Assembly: GCA_030390025.1 (NCBI GenBank)
Contig: CM059432.1
Coordinates: 59,894,001-59,958,000 of the forward strand
DNA: 64,000 bases
Reading direction: 5' to 3'
Source: Squalus acanthias
Lineage: Eukaryota
Shown: in pieces, positions 12,968 through 24,763 of the stretch
Layout of the letters: each line of letters starts with the position of its first letter
How positions within the stretch are numbered: the first letter of the stretch is position 1
Translations under genes and position numbers: made by a program
Notes under the pieces: model-generated
The model's input: the letters and a program-made list of their open reading frames with translations, nothing else
Told to the model about the DNA's origin: nothing
Database searches by the model: none

Positions 12968-13733
12968 GGCCCGAAAATTAGACCTAATACGGGAGATTAC
13001 GCACTGTGTACTCTCGCGTATTAGGTCCCGAAGTGCCGGTTTCCTGCATGCACTGTGCATGCGCGGGAGACCGGCACTTCGGGTATTGCGAAGGGGGCGG
13101 TTCCTAAGTGAACCGCGTGCGCGCTACAGGTTGTGCGCACGCAGCGCACTTAGTTTTTTTTTCAGGTTTGAACGCGCAGGTAAGTGTTGAAGATTTTACA
13201 CATAAAGAAAGCAGGCGTAAGACCCCCTTTTAACAAGGTAAGTAGTTAATTAAGTATTATTTTAAATTTTTTTCAACAGGTTTATCTTTTTTAGAGACTT
13301 TAAAGAAAGGTAAGTTTATTTTTATAACTTTTAAAAAGAATTTAAATTTTTTCAAAAATTTAAATTTTTGTTTAAAGTGGTTCATTTATTTAACTATAGT
13401 TATTTTATTAATGTGATGGCTTTTTTTTTAAATTTAATTGAGGTTTAGCTGTTCTTTTGGGGGCTTGTTGTATTCATAGTTTTGACAGCTCTTCCTGTCA
13501 AAACTATGAATGAAAGATGGTGTGCTGCCATTGGCTCTAACTGGCCCACGTGATCCCAGAGGTAGCATCGAACTAACTGCGCCTCTGGGACACGCACACA
13601 CTGCGCGCCGGCACCAGGGAGAGGCACAGGAACTGAAGTTCGTGTGGGCCAAAACCATAAAGGTAGGTGCGGAGTGCGATATCGCGGGGGATCCTTACCC
13701 CCGCGGCAACCATCGAAATCCAATTTCAGGGCC
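12968..13733. mobile_element. Harbinger-type MITE (same family as 62390-63104)
   Basis: TIRs GGCCCGAAAATT / AATTTCAGGGCC, AT-rich centre, shared internal motifs (gcaggcgtaag, aaaggtaagtttattttt, ggcccacgtgatcccag). Confidence 0.75.
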
Positions 13734-13929
13734 AATGTATTCAGTGCATGAGGGGTTTATGTTGTTTGGCATTCGATTCGGCCATTTTCAGGTTTCTGAT
13801 TAGACATACGGGGATTCTAACAAACTGTTTATTTAGAATCCAGCTTTTTGAATTGATCCTTATCCACCTCACAGCTTTTTTAAAGAACCCCAAATGTAGT
13901 TGTTAAATACACACTGCAAAGACACAATA

Positions 13930-16434
13930 GGGTAGTTTCCACTTTGGGCACAATCGGTGATTCTGCCGCAAGTTGCGCCCAAAATTGGAACCGTTTTGAA
14001 AAGAGTTTGGCCGGAATTTTCCGGGGTGGTAGCAGGCACAATCGGTGGCGGGTCAGGTGGGAAAGTTGTTATTTTAGATGGCGGGTCAGAACCCTCTGTC
14101 ATCCCGCCCCATGTGCCTTTCCCCCAAGCGTGTCTGTCATCGTGGAGCCGACCCGACCGGCAGTGGCGGGCGACCTAATTGAGATGATTAACAGCTAGTT
14201 GTCAGACCCTTAACAGGCTTTTTTTTTTAATTTAACTGCATGGCCACGGCAACCACGCTGCTCGGGAACCACGTCTGTCAATCCGAGGCAGGAGTTCCAT
14301 GGCAATTGCTCCAGCTGATTACTTGACAGCATCAAATGTACAGTAAACGCTCCCACCTGACAGATGATCACTTTCCTCAGGCAGAAGCTGTTGCTCAGTC
14401 CATTTCCAGCACAGATTCTGCAGGCTGCAAGTCTTTCCACAAAAGTCTCCATCCAGTCTCACCTCATTGGAAGAATGCTCTCACCATTGACAGAATGCTT
14501 CTGTCATCTCTACTTGACCTGCCATCTATTCCATCAGCATGGGTGCCGTTTATACTGTCTCATCTTGGTCCTCAGAATCGGACCACGATCAGCCCCAACA
14601 CCAGCAGCACCAGGCACACCAGCAGCACCAATAACAACACCAACCTTCTCCACAATCACCTGATGCTGCACAGGACACAGGGCATCAGCACCCGAGCACA
14701 TTGCTGCCCGGGAGGCCAGGGATGGCCTCATCATGGCCAGATTTAGTTAACTTTACGCTGTACACCCATATAGCTGACACATGATGCGCCAGGTTGGCAC
14801 CACCCCACACTAACACCATAAAGCATCCCTACAATGACCAAGCCATTCCTTCCACACTCATCACCATTGCGGAGGGTACCGTTATGTCTCACTGCAACTC
14901 ACTAAGCCACTTCCAAAGGCTGTTTTTTTTTCCCAAAGGTGCACGCAAATCTGTCCAAGATTGGAAAGTGTTAAAATAAGGATTTGTATGTTTGACAGCA
15001 CATTAACAGAAACTTTACATAAACATTGGATAAAACACCCAAGTGGCTACCATTGTGTATTGTGTGTTGTGAGTTGGTATGAGTGTGAGGGGTGGCTAGT
15101 GAGATGGGGATGTGATAATGTAGATAGAGAGAGAGGGATGGGTGGATGTGCAAGGTAGCTGGTGTGAGTAAGGATGTGCAGGAGTAGGGTAGGGAAGGCA
15201 GAGTGATGGGGATGTGATGAGAGGCACAGCAGGATGAGGTTGAGTGTGGCTTTGCAGTAACGTTTTGTGATCTACTGAGATCATTGAAACGTTTACGGCA
15301 CTGTACCTAGGTCCTCCTGAACACATCCCTGCTTGTGCCATCCTCTGAAATCTGCAACCAGGCTGTTTTGGTCTCCTGGGGTGGTCTCTTCCACCCATTG
15401 GAAGGGAAGAGGATCTCCCTGCGTGCTCTGATTCCCTTCATAAGCATATGGAGGGAGTCATCGGAGAACCTTTGAGCAGTCCTCTGCCTCTGTGCAGTGA
15501 TTGTCAGTGTTTGCAGCACTCCAATGCTGTAGTGCACTATGTTAGATTCAACTTCACATCTAATGTGGCCAGGGTCCCTTTAAAGATCCCGGCTGAAAAC
15601 GCATCATGAATGACATCACCAGACCCACTCCATTTAATTGGGCCGGGTAACGTGCTGGGTAGGCTTAATAGGCCCTACTAATGTACGTTCGTTTTCAGCA
15701 GCGAGATGGAGCTAGCAGCGGGGTCGCGACCCGCCATGGACACCGCCCGCACCGGACCCGCCGAGGTAGGCAAAGTTCCGGCCTTTGTTTCCCGAGTTGC
15801 CGCTCAAACTCATTTGCATATCACCGAACGCAAAATCTGCCATGAACCAGTACAATCGGGCAGTGCTTTAAAAAATGTTTTTTTAATTTGCTTTAAAAAA
15901 TATTCTTGATATATTTAAGAGTGGTAACTCATTGCAGTTTGATTAATACAGCTGAAAATGAGTTTATCACAAAAATAGGCATTTTAAATCACAGTGTCAA
16001 TCCACCGCGTGTGAGTAACTCGATGTTAAATTACTGAAAATGACATTGAAAAAATATACAAAACTATTTTCTAGTTAGATTGCGGTACAGTAGTGAGTTC
16101 CTTAGTAAAGTTTAAAAAAATAATTCAAAACCTATTAGTGTCCTGGCGCCCAAGAGTTCCAGCTTAATTTTTGGAGCCTCCTCGAAGGCCTGCAAACGAG
16201 CGCAATTAGCGGAAACTCCTAATGATGATTAATTCACCCTGGGGGCGTGGCCAGTTTTGTGGGCGGGGCCGGCTTCCAGCGTGATGTTTTTAAAACTAGT
16301 GCAAAATATCGCAGAAACTCAAGTTGCACCGAACGCAATTTGCGATGAAAATTCCGCTATCTTTTACGCCAGTTATGTGAATATCAGGGGAATTGAGCTG
16401 AAAACCCAGCACAATCGAGTGGAAACTCCTGGCC
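13930..16434. mobile_element. Harbinger-type MITE hosting a nested element
   Basis: Imperfect TIRs GGGTAGTTTCCACT / AGTGGAAACTCCTGGCC with ATA on both sides; interrupted by 14009-15783. Confidence 0.55.
14009..15783. mobile_element. Non-autonomous Harbinger with Myb/SANT remnant
   Basis: TTT|GGCCGGAATTTT ... AAAGTTCCGGCC|TTT (perfect 3-bp TSD). Minus strand ~15265-15500 reads RTAQRFSDDSLHMLMKGIRARREILFP...AWLQI...RT*VQCRKRFNDL. Confidence 0.8.
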
Positions 16435-16915
16435 ATAAAGTATATCTGTAATCAGTAGAAACACAAATTCAATTTTCAAATCAGTCCTCCAATGTCCTAA
16501 TTATTTAACTTGGCTCTCCGTCTCCATTTTGTGAACCTTGTGAAGATCTGAGTACAACTTATTTCAATCACTGGTCATTAAAACCAGTTTAGTTTCAAGA
16601 CAGTTTAACACACCTTCTTCCGAAGTAAAAAGGTTTATTTTGATGTTAAAATGGTGCACTTTGCGTGCGAATGCATTTTAAGCTTTCTTATTGGTTGAAA
16701 TTTCCAAGTCATCCAGCAGACATATTTATTTGGAATGAAGAGCTGTCTTGTTTTCACAAGCTATACCTTTCCAGTATTGTATAAGAAATTGTCACTTTGC
16801 TGTACTTGAGGAGTTTCTAAGGGATAGTAGGAACATGTCTGTTTTTTTAATAGACCTTTATAGCAAAAACTAGAAAGCTGGTTAAAATGGACAAAGCTGT
16901 ATGAAAGCAGGAAGC

Positions 16916-17191
16916 ATAGAAACATAGAAGATAGGAGCAGGAGTAGGCCATTCGGCCCCTCGAGCCTGCTCCGCCATTTAATGAGATCATGGCTGATCAT
17001 CCAAATTCAGTACCCTGTCCCTGCTTTCTCCCCATATCCCTTGATCCCTTTAGCCTTAAGAAATATATCTAACGCCTTCTTGAATATATTTAATGAATTG
17101 GCCTCAACTGCCTTCTGTGGTAGGTTCACCAATCTCTGGGTGAAGAAATTCCTCCTCATCTCAGTCCTAAATGGCTTACCCCTTATCCTTA
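16916..17191 (-). mobile_element. CR1 3' fragment (same subfamily as 7716-9570)
   Basis: RIRGKPFRTEMRRNFFTQR...GYGEKAGTGY* plus matching 3' UTR; GAAGC on both flanks. Confidence 0.9.
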
Positions 17192-18235
17192 GAAGCTTTT
17201 GTATTCCATTAAATGCATCCTTCCAGTCACATCTTAATTTCTCTTCTATAATGGACTGAAACTGGTATTTTACTTGAGGTTTTATATCGTGCCAAATTTT
17301 ACCTACACCCACTAGCATTTAGCAGGAGTTACCTTAGCACATGCAATTTTATTCCAGTGACTTGGAGCAAAAAATGTATTGACTTTATAGTCTTGCGTGC
17401 AATATTTATTCTGTAATTTTTACCATTTTGCTTTTGTTGTTCTATTTTTCTGTTATTGCTGCTGTTTTTTCTTCCTTGATTTATTTATTTTATTTATTTG
17501 TTTTTATTCCTTCAACTCAGTATTTTATTCTTAATGTCCTCTGTCCGGTATGACACTGGTTTTCTAATTTTCCTTTTTGCTCACTGTATATCTAGAGGAC
17601 CAGAATACAAGGGGGTGGAAGAAATTCTGCAGCTATACAAAGCCCTGGTTAGACCACACCTGGAGTACTGTGAGCAGTTCTGGGCACCACACCTTAGGAA
17701 GGATATATTGGCCTTGGAGGGAGTACAGCGTAGATTTACCAGAATGATACCTGGACTTCAAGGGTTCAATTACAAGGAGAGATTACATAAACTAGGGGTG
17801 ATTTGATTGAAGTTTTCAAGATATTAAGGGGAACTGATAGGGTAGAGAGAGAGAAAATATTTCCTCTTAATCAAGGATAGTCAGCACGGATTTGTTAAGG
17901 GAAGGTCGTGTCTGACAAACTTGATTGAATTTTTTGAGGAGATAACAAGGAGGGTAGATGAGGGTAGTGCGTTTGATGTAGTGTATATGGACTTTAACAA
18001 GGCTTTTGATAAGGTTCCACATGGCAGACTGGTCACGAAGTTAAAAGCCCATGGGATCCAGGGCAAAGTGTCAAGTTGGATTCAAAACTGGCTCGGAGAC
18101 AGGAAGCAGAGGGTAATGGTTGATGGGTGTTTTTGTGACTGGAAGGCTGTTTCCAGTGGGGTTCTGCAGGGCTCAGTACTCGGTCCCTTGCTTTTTGTGG
18201 TATATATCAACGATCTTGACTTGAATATAGGGGGT

Positions 18236-18481
18236 TGTGGCGGATCGCCACCTAAAACGGGCATAATCCACTCTTCCGTCTGTGGACAAATTTCCAGCCC
18301 CTTCCCTTTAAGGCAGAAGGGGGAGGGGCCTCAGGTTTTACCCAGAGAATTCTGGGAGTTTACCCAGAGAATTCTGGGAGCAGCTTTCTCAGACATTTTG
18401 TTTTGCCATGCAGTGAATAAAAGCTTCTTGTTTTCCACATATGGATTCAGCCTCCATTCGTGTTTCGCGGCAGCCTCAACA
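18236..18481 (+). repeat. 5' LTR
   Basis: TGTGGCGG...CCTCAACA, contains AATAAA; two mismatches seen against the 3' LTR. Confidence 0.95.
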
Positions 18482-18482
18482 T

Positions 18483-18496
18483 TGGTGACCCCGACG
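18483..18496 (+). promoter_or_regulatory. Primer-binding site complementary to the tRNA-Trp 3' end
   Basis: TGGTGACCCCGACG is the reverse complement of CGUCGGGGUCACCA and sits directly after the 5' LTR. Confidence 0.85.
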
Positions 18497-18521
18497 CTCA
18501 GAACGTATTCCGAGCACTGCA

Positions 18522-21500
18522 ATGGTGGACACGAACGCAGTTTCCGTGAAACTGCCGGAGTTTTGGGAAAACCAGCCCGAAGCCTGGTTTCTCCAAGCTG
18601 AATCTCGCTTCCGGCTGCGAAATATCACCACAGATGGGACGAAGTACGACTATCTCGTCACATCACTCAGTAGCGTCGCAGTTTCCAAGGTTTGGACAAC
18701 GCTGCAGAACCCACCAGAGGAAGGCAAGTACGCACATCTCAGAACAGCGCTCCTTAAAAAATTTACGGCCTCGGCATATCAGCGAAACTGCCACCTCCTC
18801 GACCTTCCAGGCCTCGGTGATGCCTCACCGTCAGACCTCCTCTCCCACATGCTCTCCCTCACCGACGAGAGCCCACCCGGATCCCTCTTTCACACGCTGT
18901 TCATCCGCCAGCTCCCTCTCAGCATCCGCCCAGCGATCGTGGCGTCCGGCCTCACGAACCTGGAAGCCCTGGCCGATGAGGCCGACAAGCTGCTGTCCGC
19001 TCACTCCAGCCGCGACGTCACTCCGGACCTGGCAGCCAATACCTGGGCGCGCCCCTCACCATCCAGCCCGCGGCCACAAGGGCCTGTCACCAGGCCCACG
19101 GGGCCTTCACGCCCCACTAACCCGGGCCACTGTTACTACCACGCACGGTTCGGCGCCAGGGCACAACGGTGCACACCTCCTTGCTCTTTCAAGTCCGCCC
19201 CCGTTCCAGCCCCCGCGATGGCCGTGGGCCACGCGGGCTCCCTGCTGTTCGTCACGGATGACAAAACCGGCCGCCGGTTCCTGTGCGACACTGGGGCTCA
19301 GCACAGCATCATCCCGGCCTCCTCCCTCGACATCCAAAAGGGCGAACGAGGACCGGCGCTGGCTGCTGCTAACGGCTCGGAAATCCGGACGTATGGCACC
19401 CGGACAGTCACCCTCGACCTCGCTGGTCACCGCTACCGATGGGAGTTCATCACTGCCAAAGTGCTTTCCCCCCTCATCGGCGCAGATTTCCTGTGTGCCC
19501 ACGGCTTACTGGTAGACATCCCTCGTCACCGCCTCGTGGACATGAACACCATGTCCCCCATCCTGGGCGCCATGGCCCCCCGTCAACCTGCCGACATGGC
19601 GTCACAGTGCCACGCCCGGGCCACGGATGACTACTCGGCACTCCTGGCCGAATTCACGGCCCTCACCAATCCGACCTTCTCCGCGGAGGCCGCCAAACAC
19701 GGGGTGGAACACTTCATCCCCACCACAGGCCCCCCCAGTGTACGCCACGCCCGCAGGCTGGACCCGGCCAAACTGGAGATCGCGCGGACCGAGTTTGCCA
19801 CCATGGAACAGCTCGGCATCATCCGCCGCTCCAACAGTCCCTGGGCCTCCCCACTCCACATCGCCCCCAAACCAGGTGGGGGTTGGCGCCCCTGCGGGGA
19901 TTACCGCCGCCTCAATGACGCCACCACCCCTGATCGGTACCCCGTGCCGCACATTCAGGACTTCTCGGCTAGACTGGCCGGCCGCTCAGTCTTTTCCAAG
20001 GTCGACCTGGTGCACGGCTACCACCAAGTCCCCGTCCACCCCGCGGACATCCCCAAGACGGCCGTAATCACCCCCTTCGGCCTGTTCGAGTTCCTGCGGA
20101 TGCCCTTCGGCCTCAAAAACGCGGCCCAGGCATTCCAACGGCTCATGGACTCGGTCCTTCGGGACCTGAAGTTCCTGTTCGTCTACCTGGACGACATCCT
20201 GGTAGCCAGTTCCTCCAAGCAGGAACACCTCGAACACCTTCGCATCCTGTTCGGGCGCCTCAGCGACCACGGGCTCATCCTCAGCCCAGCCAAATGCCAG
20301 TTCGGCCTGGACAAGATCGACTTCCTCGGCCACCACATCACCCATGCTGGGGCCATTCCCCTGCCCACCAAGGTGCAGGCCGTCCAACAATTTCCCCGCC
20401 CCACCACCATCAAAGGCCTCCAGGAGTTCCTCGGGATGGTGAATTTCTATAACCGCTTCATCCCCAAAGCGGCGTCCCTCATGAGGCCCCTGTATGTAGC
20501 CCTCCGGGGCAGGAGTGGCAAGATGGCGGTCGAATGGACGGCAGATGCGTCCGCCGCCTTCGATTCCACCAAGACCGCGCTCGCCAACGCCACCCTGCTC
20601 GCGCACCCACGGCCCAATGCCAGGGTAGCGCTCACCACGGACGCCTCCGACCACGCGGTCGGCGCCGTGTATTAGCAGTGGGTCGACGGCGCCTGGCAAC
20701 CACTTGCCTTCTTCAGCCGCCAACTACGCCCCCCGGAGGTCAAGTACAGCACCTTCGACCGCGAGCTCCTCGCGCTGTTCCTGGCGGTCCGCCATTTCCG
20801 GTTTTTGCTTGAGGGCCACCCCTTCACTGCGTTTGTCGACCACAAGCCCCGACATTCGCAATGGCAAAGACAACCGACCCCTGGTCCGCCAGGCAGCAGC
20901 GCCAGCTCGCGGCAGTGTCCGAGTTCACCACGGACATCCAACACGTCTCCGGCCGAGACAATGTGGTAGCTGACTGCCTCTCCCGCCCCGCCATCCACAC
21001 CGCACACCTAGCAGTCGACTACGCTCAACTTGCAGCAGACCAGATCACCGACCCGGATCTGCTCTCCGCACCCACCAACCTACCAGGGCTACGCCTGGCC
21101 GACGTCGCCTGTGGCCCGACCGCAGTCACGGTCAAGTGCGACATATCCCTATGTCAACCTCGGCCCGTCGTCCCAGCGTCCTGGCGCCGCCGGATATTCG
21201 ACATTCTCCACAACCTCTCCCACCCCGGCGCCCGCGCATCCATCAAATTGGTAGCCAACCGCTTTGTCTGGCGCGGCCTTCGCAAGGATGCGTGTACTTG
21301 GGCCAACTCCTGCCTATCCTGCCAACGTGCCAAGGTACAGCAACACACGAAAGCACCCCTCGAGGAGTTTACCGTCCCCTCGCGGAGATTCGACCACATC
21401 CACGTGGACATCGTCGGGCCCCTGCCTCCGTCGCAAGGCCACACGCACTTGCTGACCATCGTTGACCGCACCACACGCTGGCCTGAGGCAATTCCACTGA

Positions 21501-22333
21501 CCTCTACCACCACCGCCGACATCGCCAGAGCCTTCGTCAGCACCTGGGTCGCACGGTTCGGCGTCCCCTCCGACATGACGTCGGACAGAGGTCCGCAATT
21601 TACCTCTGAACTCTGGACCGCCGTCGCACGCAATCTCGGGGTGACCATCCACCGCACCACAGCGTACCACCCCCAAGCCAACGGGCTGTGTGAGCGGTTC
21701 CACAGATCCTTGAAGGCATCTCTTCGAGCCAGCCTCCAAGATGGCGCCTGGACTGACCGACTTCCGTGGGTCCTCCTTGGCCTGCGCACCGCGGTTAAAG
21801 AAGACCTCCACGCATCGGCAGCAGAGCTCGTGTACGGTCAGCCGCTGCGCGTACCCGCCGAGTTCCTGCCCACCGCCACGACACCCTGGTCAGCCGACCA
21901 GCAACGCCACAACTTCGCCTCACCGGCGCTGCAGTTCGCCCCGGTGCCCATTGCCCGACACAGCGAATCCACCTCACACGTCCCACTAAGCCTGCACCAG
22001 GCACGGTTTGTTTTCGTCCGGCACGACGCCCACCGCGGACCCCTTCAACCCCCGTACGACGGGCCCTACAAGGTGCTACAGGCTGGGGACAAATTTTTCA
22101 CCCTGCAAGTGGGCGACAGGACCGAAAAAGTGTCGGTGGACCGACTCAAGCCAGCACACTCGGAGCCTGGGGAGCAGGTCCCTGTAGCTCGTCCACCTCC
22201 ACGCGGCCGACCTGCCCTCAAGCCGGTTCACCCGGCTGCTCCACGCCCGGCCGTCCCACGTCCACCGGCATCCTACAAGAGCCGCTCCGGCCGGCCCATC
22301 AGACCGCCGCACCGTCTCGTCCACACCTCCTAA
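18522..22333 (+). pseudogene. Gypsy gag-pol polyprotein with one stop (20673-20675) and a 1-bp deletion (~20850)
   Basis: Gag CYYHARFGARAQRCTPPC, protease FLCDTGA, RT YLDD, RNase H TDASD...DRELLA...DHKP, integrase HNLSH..CLSC, DDE core and GPY motif. Confidence 0.92.
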
Positions 22334-22353
22334 GCGGATTCTGGGGGGAGCTG

Positions 22354-22599
22354 TGTGGCGGATCGCCACCTAAAACGGGCATAATCCACTCTTCCGTCTG
22401 TGGACAAATTTCCAGCCCCTTCCCTTTAAGGCAGAAGGGGGTGGGGCCGCAGGTTTTACCCAGAGAATTCTGGGAGTTTACCCAGAGAATTCTGGGAGCA
22501 GCTTTCTCAGACATTTTGTTTTGCCATGCAGTGAATAAAAGCTTCTTGTTTTCCACATATGGATTCAGCCTCCATTCGTGTTTCGCGGCAGCCTCAACA
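22354..22599 (+). repeat. 3' LTR
   Basis: Direct repeat of 18236-18481. Confidence 0.95.
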
Positions 22600-23942
22600 G
22601 GGTGTGATTAAGAAGCTTGCAGATGATACTAAAATCGGCTGTGTGGTTGATACTGAAGAAGGAAGCTGTAGACTGCGGAAGATATCAATAAATTGGTCAG
22701 GTGGGCAGAACAGTGGCAAATGGAATTCAATCCGGAGAAGTGTGAGGTAATGCATTTGGGGAGGGCTAACAAGGAAAGGGAATACACATTAAATGGTAGG
22801 ACACTGAGTCGTGTAGAGGAACAAAGAGACCTTGGAGTGCATGTCCACAGATCCCTGAAGGTAGCAGGCCAAGTAGATAAGGTGGTTAAGAAGGCATACG
22901 GAATGCTTGCCTTTATTAGCCGTGGCATAGAATACAAGAGCAGGGGGGTTATGCTTCAACTGTATAAAACACTAGTTAGGCCTCAGCTAGAGTACTGCGT
23001 GCAGTTCTGGTCACCACATTACAGGAAAGATGTGATTGCACTAGAGAGGGTACAGAGGAGATTTACAAGGATGTTGCCGGGAGTAGAGAATCTTAGCTAT
23101 GAGGAAAGACTGGATAGGCTGGGTCTGTTTTCCTTGGAACAGAGGAGGCTGAGGGGAGACCTTATTGAGGTGTATAAAATTATGAGGGGCATAGATAAAG
23201 TGGATAGAAAGGACCTATTTCCCTTAGCAGAGGGGTCAAAAACCAGGGGGCACAGATTTAAAGTAATTGGGGGAAGGTTTAGAGGGAATTTGAGGGGAAA
23301 TTTCTTCACCCAGAGGGTTGTGGGGGTCTGGAACTCACTGCCTGACAGGGTGGTAGAGGCAGGAAACCTAACCACATTTAAAAAAACTTGGATGTGCACT
23401 TGGGATGCTGTAACCTGCAGGACTACGGACCAAGAGCTGGGAAGTGGGATTAGGCTGGATAGCTCTTTGTTGGCCGGCGCGGACACGATGGGCCGAAATG
23501 GCCTCCTTCTGTGCTGTAACTTTCTATGATTCTATGATTCTCTGGTTGGAGAGTCTCGGACTTGGGGACATCGTCTAAAAATTAGAACCAGGCCTTTGAG
23601 GAGCGAAGTTAGGATACACTTCTACATGAAAAGGGTGGTAGAAGTTTGGAACCGTCTTCTGCAAACGGCAATTGATGCCAGATCAATTGTTAATTTTAAA
23701 TCTGGGATTGATAGATTTTTGTTAACCAAAGGTATCAAGGCATATGGGCCAACGGCAGGTATATGGAGTTAAGTTGCAGATCAGCCGTGATCTCATTGAA
23801 TGGTGGAACAGGCTCAAGGGGCTAAATGTCCTACTCCTGTTCCTATGTTCTGTTGTTTCTCTATTGAACTGCCCTTTTCACCCCATTCCCTCTGTACCTC
23901 CGCTGAATTGCTCCCCTCATGCAGCTACTGGAATCCCCCACT

Positions 23943-24382
23943 CCCCAGTGCCTCTGCTGGATCACCCTAACCCCAGTGCCTCTGCTGGATCACCCTAACC
24001 CCAGTGCCTCTGCTGGATCGCCCTAACCCCAGTGTCTCTGCTGGATCACCCTAACCCCAGTGTCTCTGCTGGATCACCCTAACCCCAGTGCCTCTGCTGG
24101 ATCGCCCTAACCCCAGTGTCTCTGCTGGATCACCCTAACCCCAGTGCCTCTGCTGGATCACCCTAACCCCAGTGCCTCTGCTGGATCGCCCTAACCCCAG
24201 TGTCTCTGCTGGATCACCCTAACCCCAGTGTCTCTGCTGGATCACCCTAACCCCAGTGCCTCTGCTGGATCACCCTAACCCCAGTGTCTCTGCTGGATCA
24301 CCCTAACCCCAGTGTCTCTGCTGGATCACCCTAACCCCAGTGTCTCTGCTGGATCACCCTAACCCCAGTGCCTCTGCTGGAT
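23943..24382. repeat. 28-bp minisatellite, 15 full units plus a partial unit
   Basis: Unit CCCCAGTG(C/T)CTCTGCTGGATC(A/G)CCCTAA in head-to-tail tandem. Confidence 0.95.
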
Positions 24383-24763
24383 TTGCCCCAGGATTTCTGC
24401 TGGATCTCAACATCTCGTTTCCATTTTTATCTCACCACCATCTCTCTACTTTATTCTCTCAGCTAGAAATGAATTTAAGAAAAACACAAGGAAAAATATA
24501 CTTAGTAAATTAGGGAGACAAGTCGAAACAAAATCAAAATGTTAAAAAACAAGAAAATTAAACAAAATTGCACATTTATCAAACAAAATGAGGAAATACA
24601 GGAACTAAATAATGAAGGAATAAACAGAGAGTTTACACAAGAAGGAATTCTTATCCGGCTGTTAAAGGAGAACTCTATCCTTTCTAAAATATGGTGATCC
24701 TATGTTTTTTACTCTCAGACACTGTACTCTGCATTGTTTCATTGACCATGTGCCGAAAATATT

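Larger units (their letters stand above)
18236..22599 (+). mobile_element. Full-length Ty3/Gypsy LTR retrotransposon, CsRn1-like clade
   Basis: 246-bp TG..CA LTRs, GGGT 4-bp TSD (18232-18235 / 22600-22603), tRNA-Trp PBS, PPT GGGGGGAG at 22343-22350, gag-PR-RT-RH-IN order. Confidence 0.95.
17867..23541 (+). mobile_element. Inner CR1 (segments 17867-18235 and 22600-23541), split by the Gypsy element
   Basis: RT reads ...YINDLDLNIGG|VIKKLADDTK across the Gypsy insertion; ends in (TTCTATGA)n. Confidence 0.9.
17585..23850 (+). mobile_element. Outer CR1 3' fragment (segments ~17585-17866 and ~23542-23850)
   Basis: LQLYKALVRPHLEYCEQFWAPH; gagaaaatatttcctct joins ggttggagagtctcggac after the insert; CR1 3' UTR at ~23780-23850. 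Confidence 0.8.

Noticed and set aside
20673..20860. Programmed readthrough or frameshift in the Gypsy ORF
   Set aside because: Both lesions fall inside RNase H, not at the gag-pol boundary; they look like post-insertion mutations or sequencing errors.
18634..22369. Long alternative-frame and antisense ORFs over Gypsy (and over CR1, Harbinger and KLHL14)
   Set aside because: Shadow ORFs expected from GC-rich or codon-biased coding sequence; no recognisable motifs.
23943..24382. CRISPR array or true telomere
   Set aside because: No unique spacers, eukaryotic context, and CCCTAA occurs once per 28-bp unit rather than in tandem.
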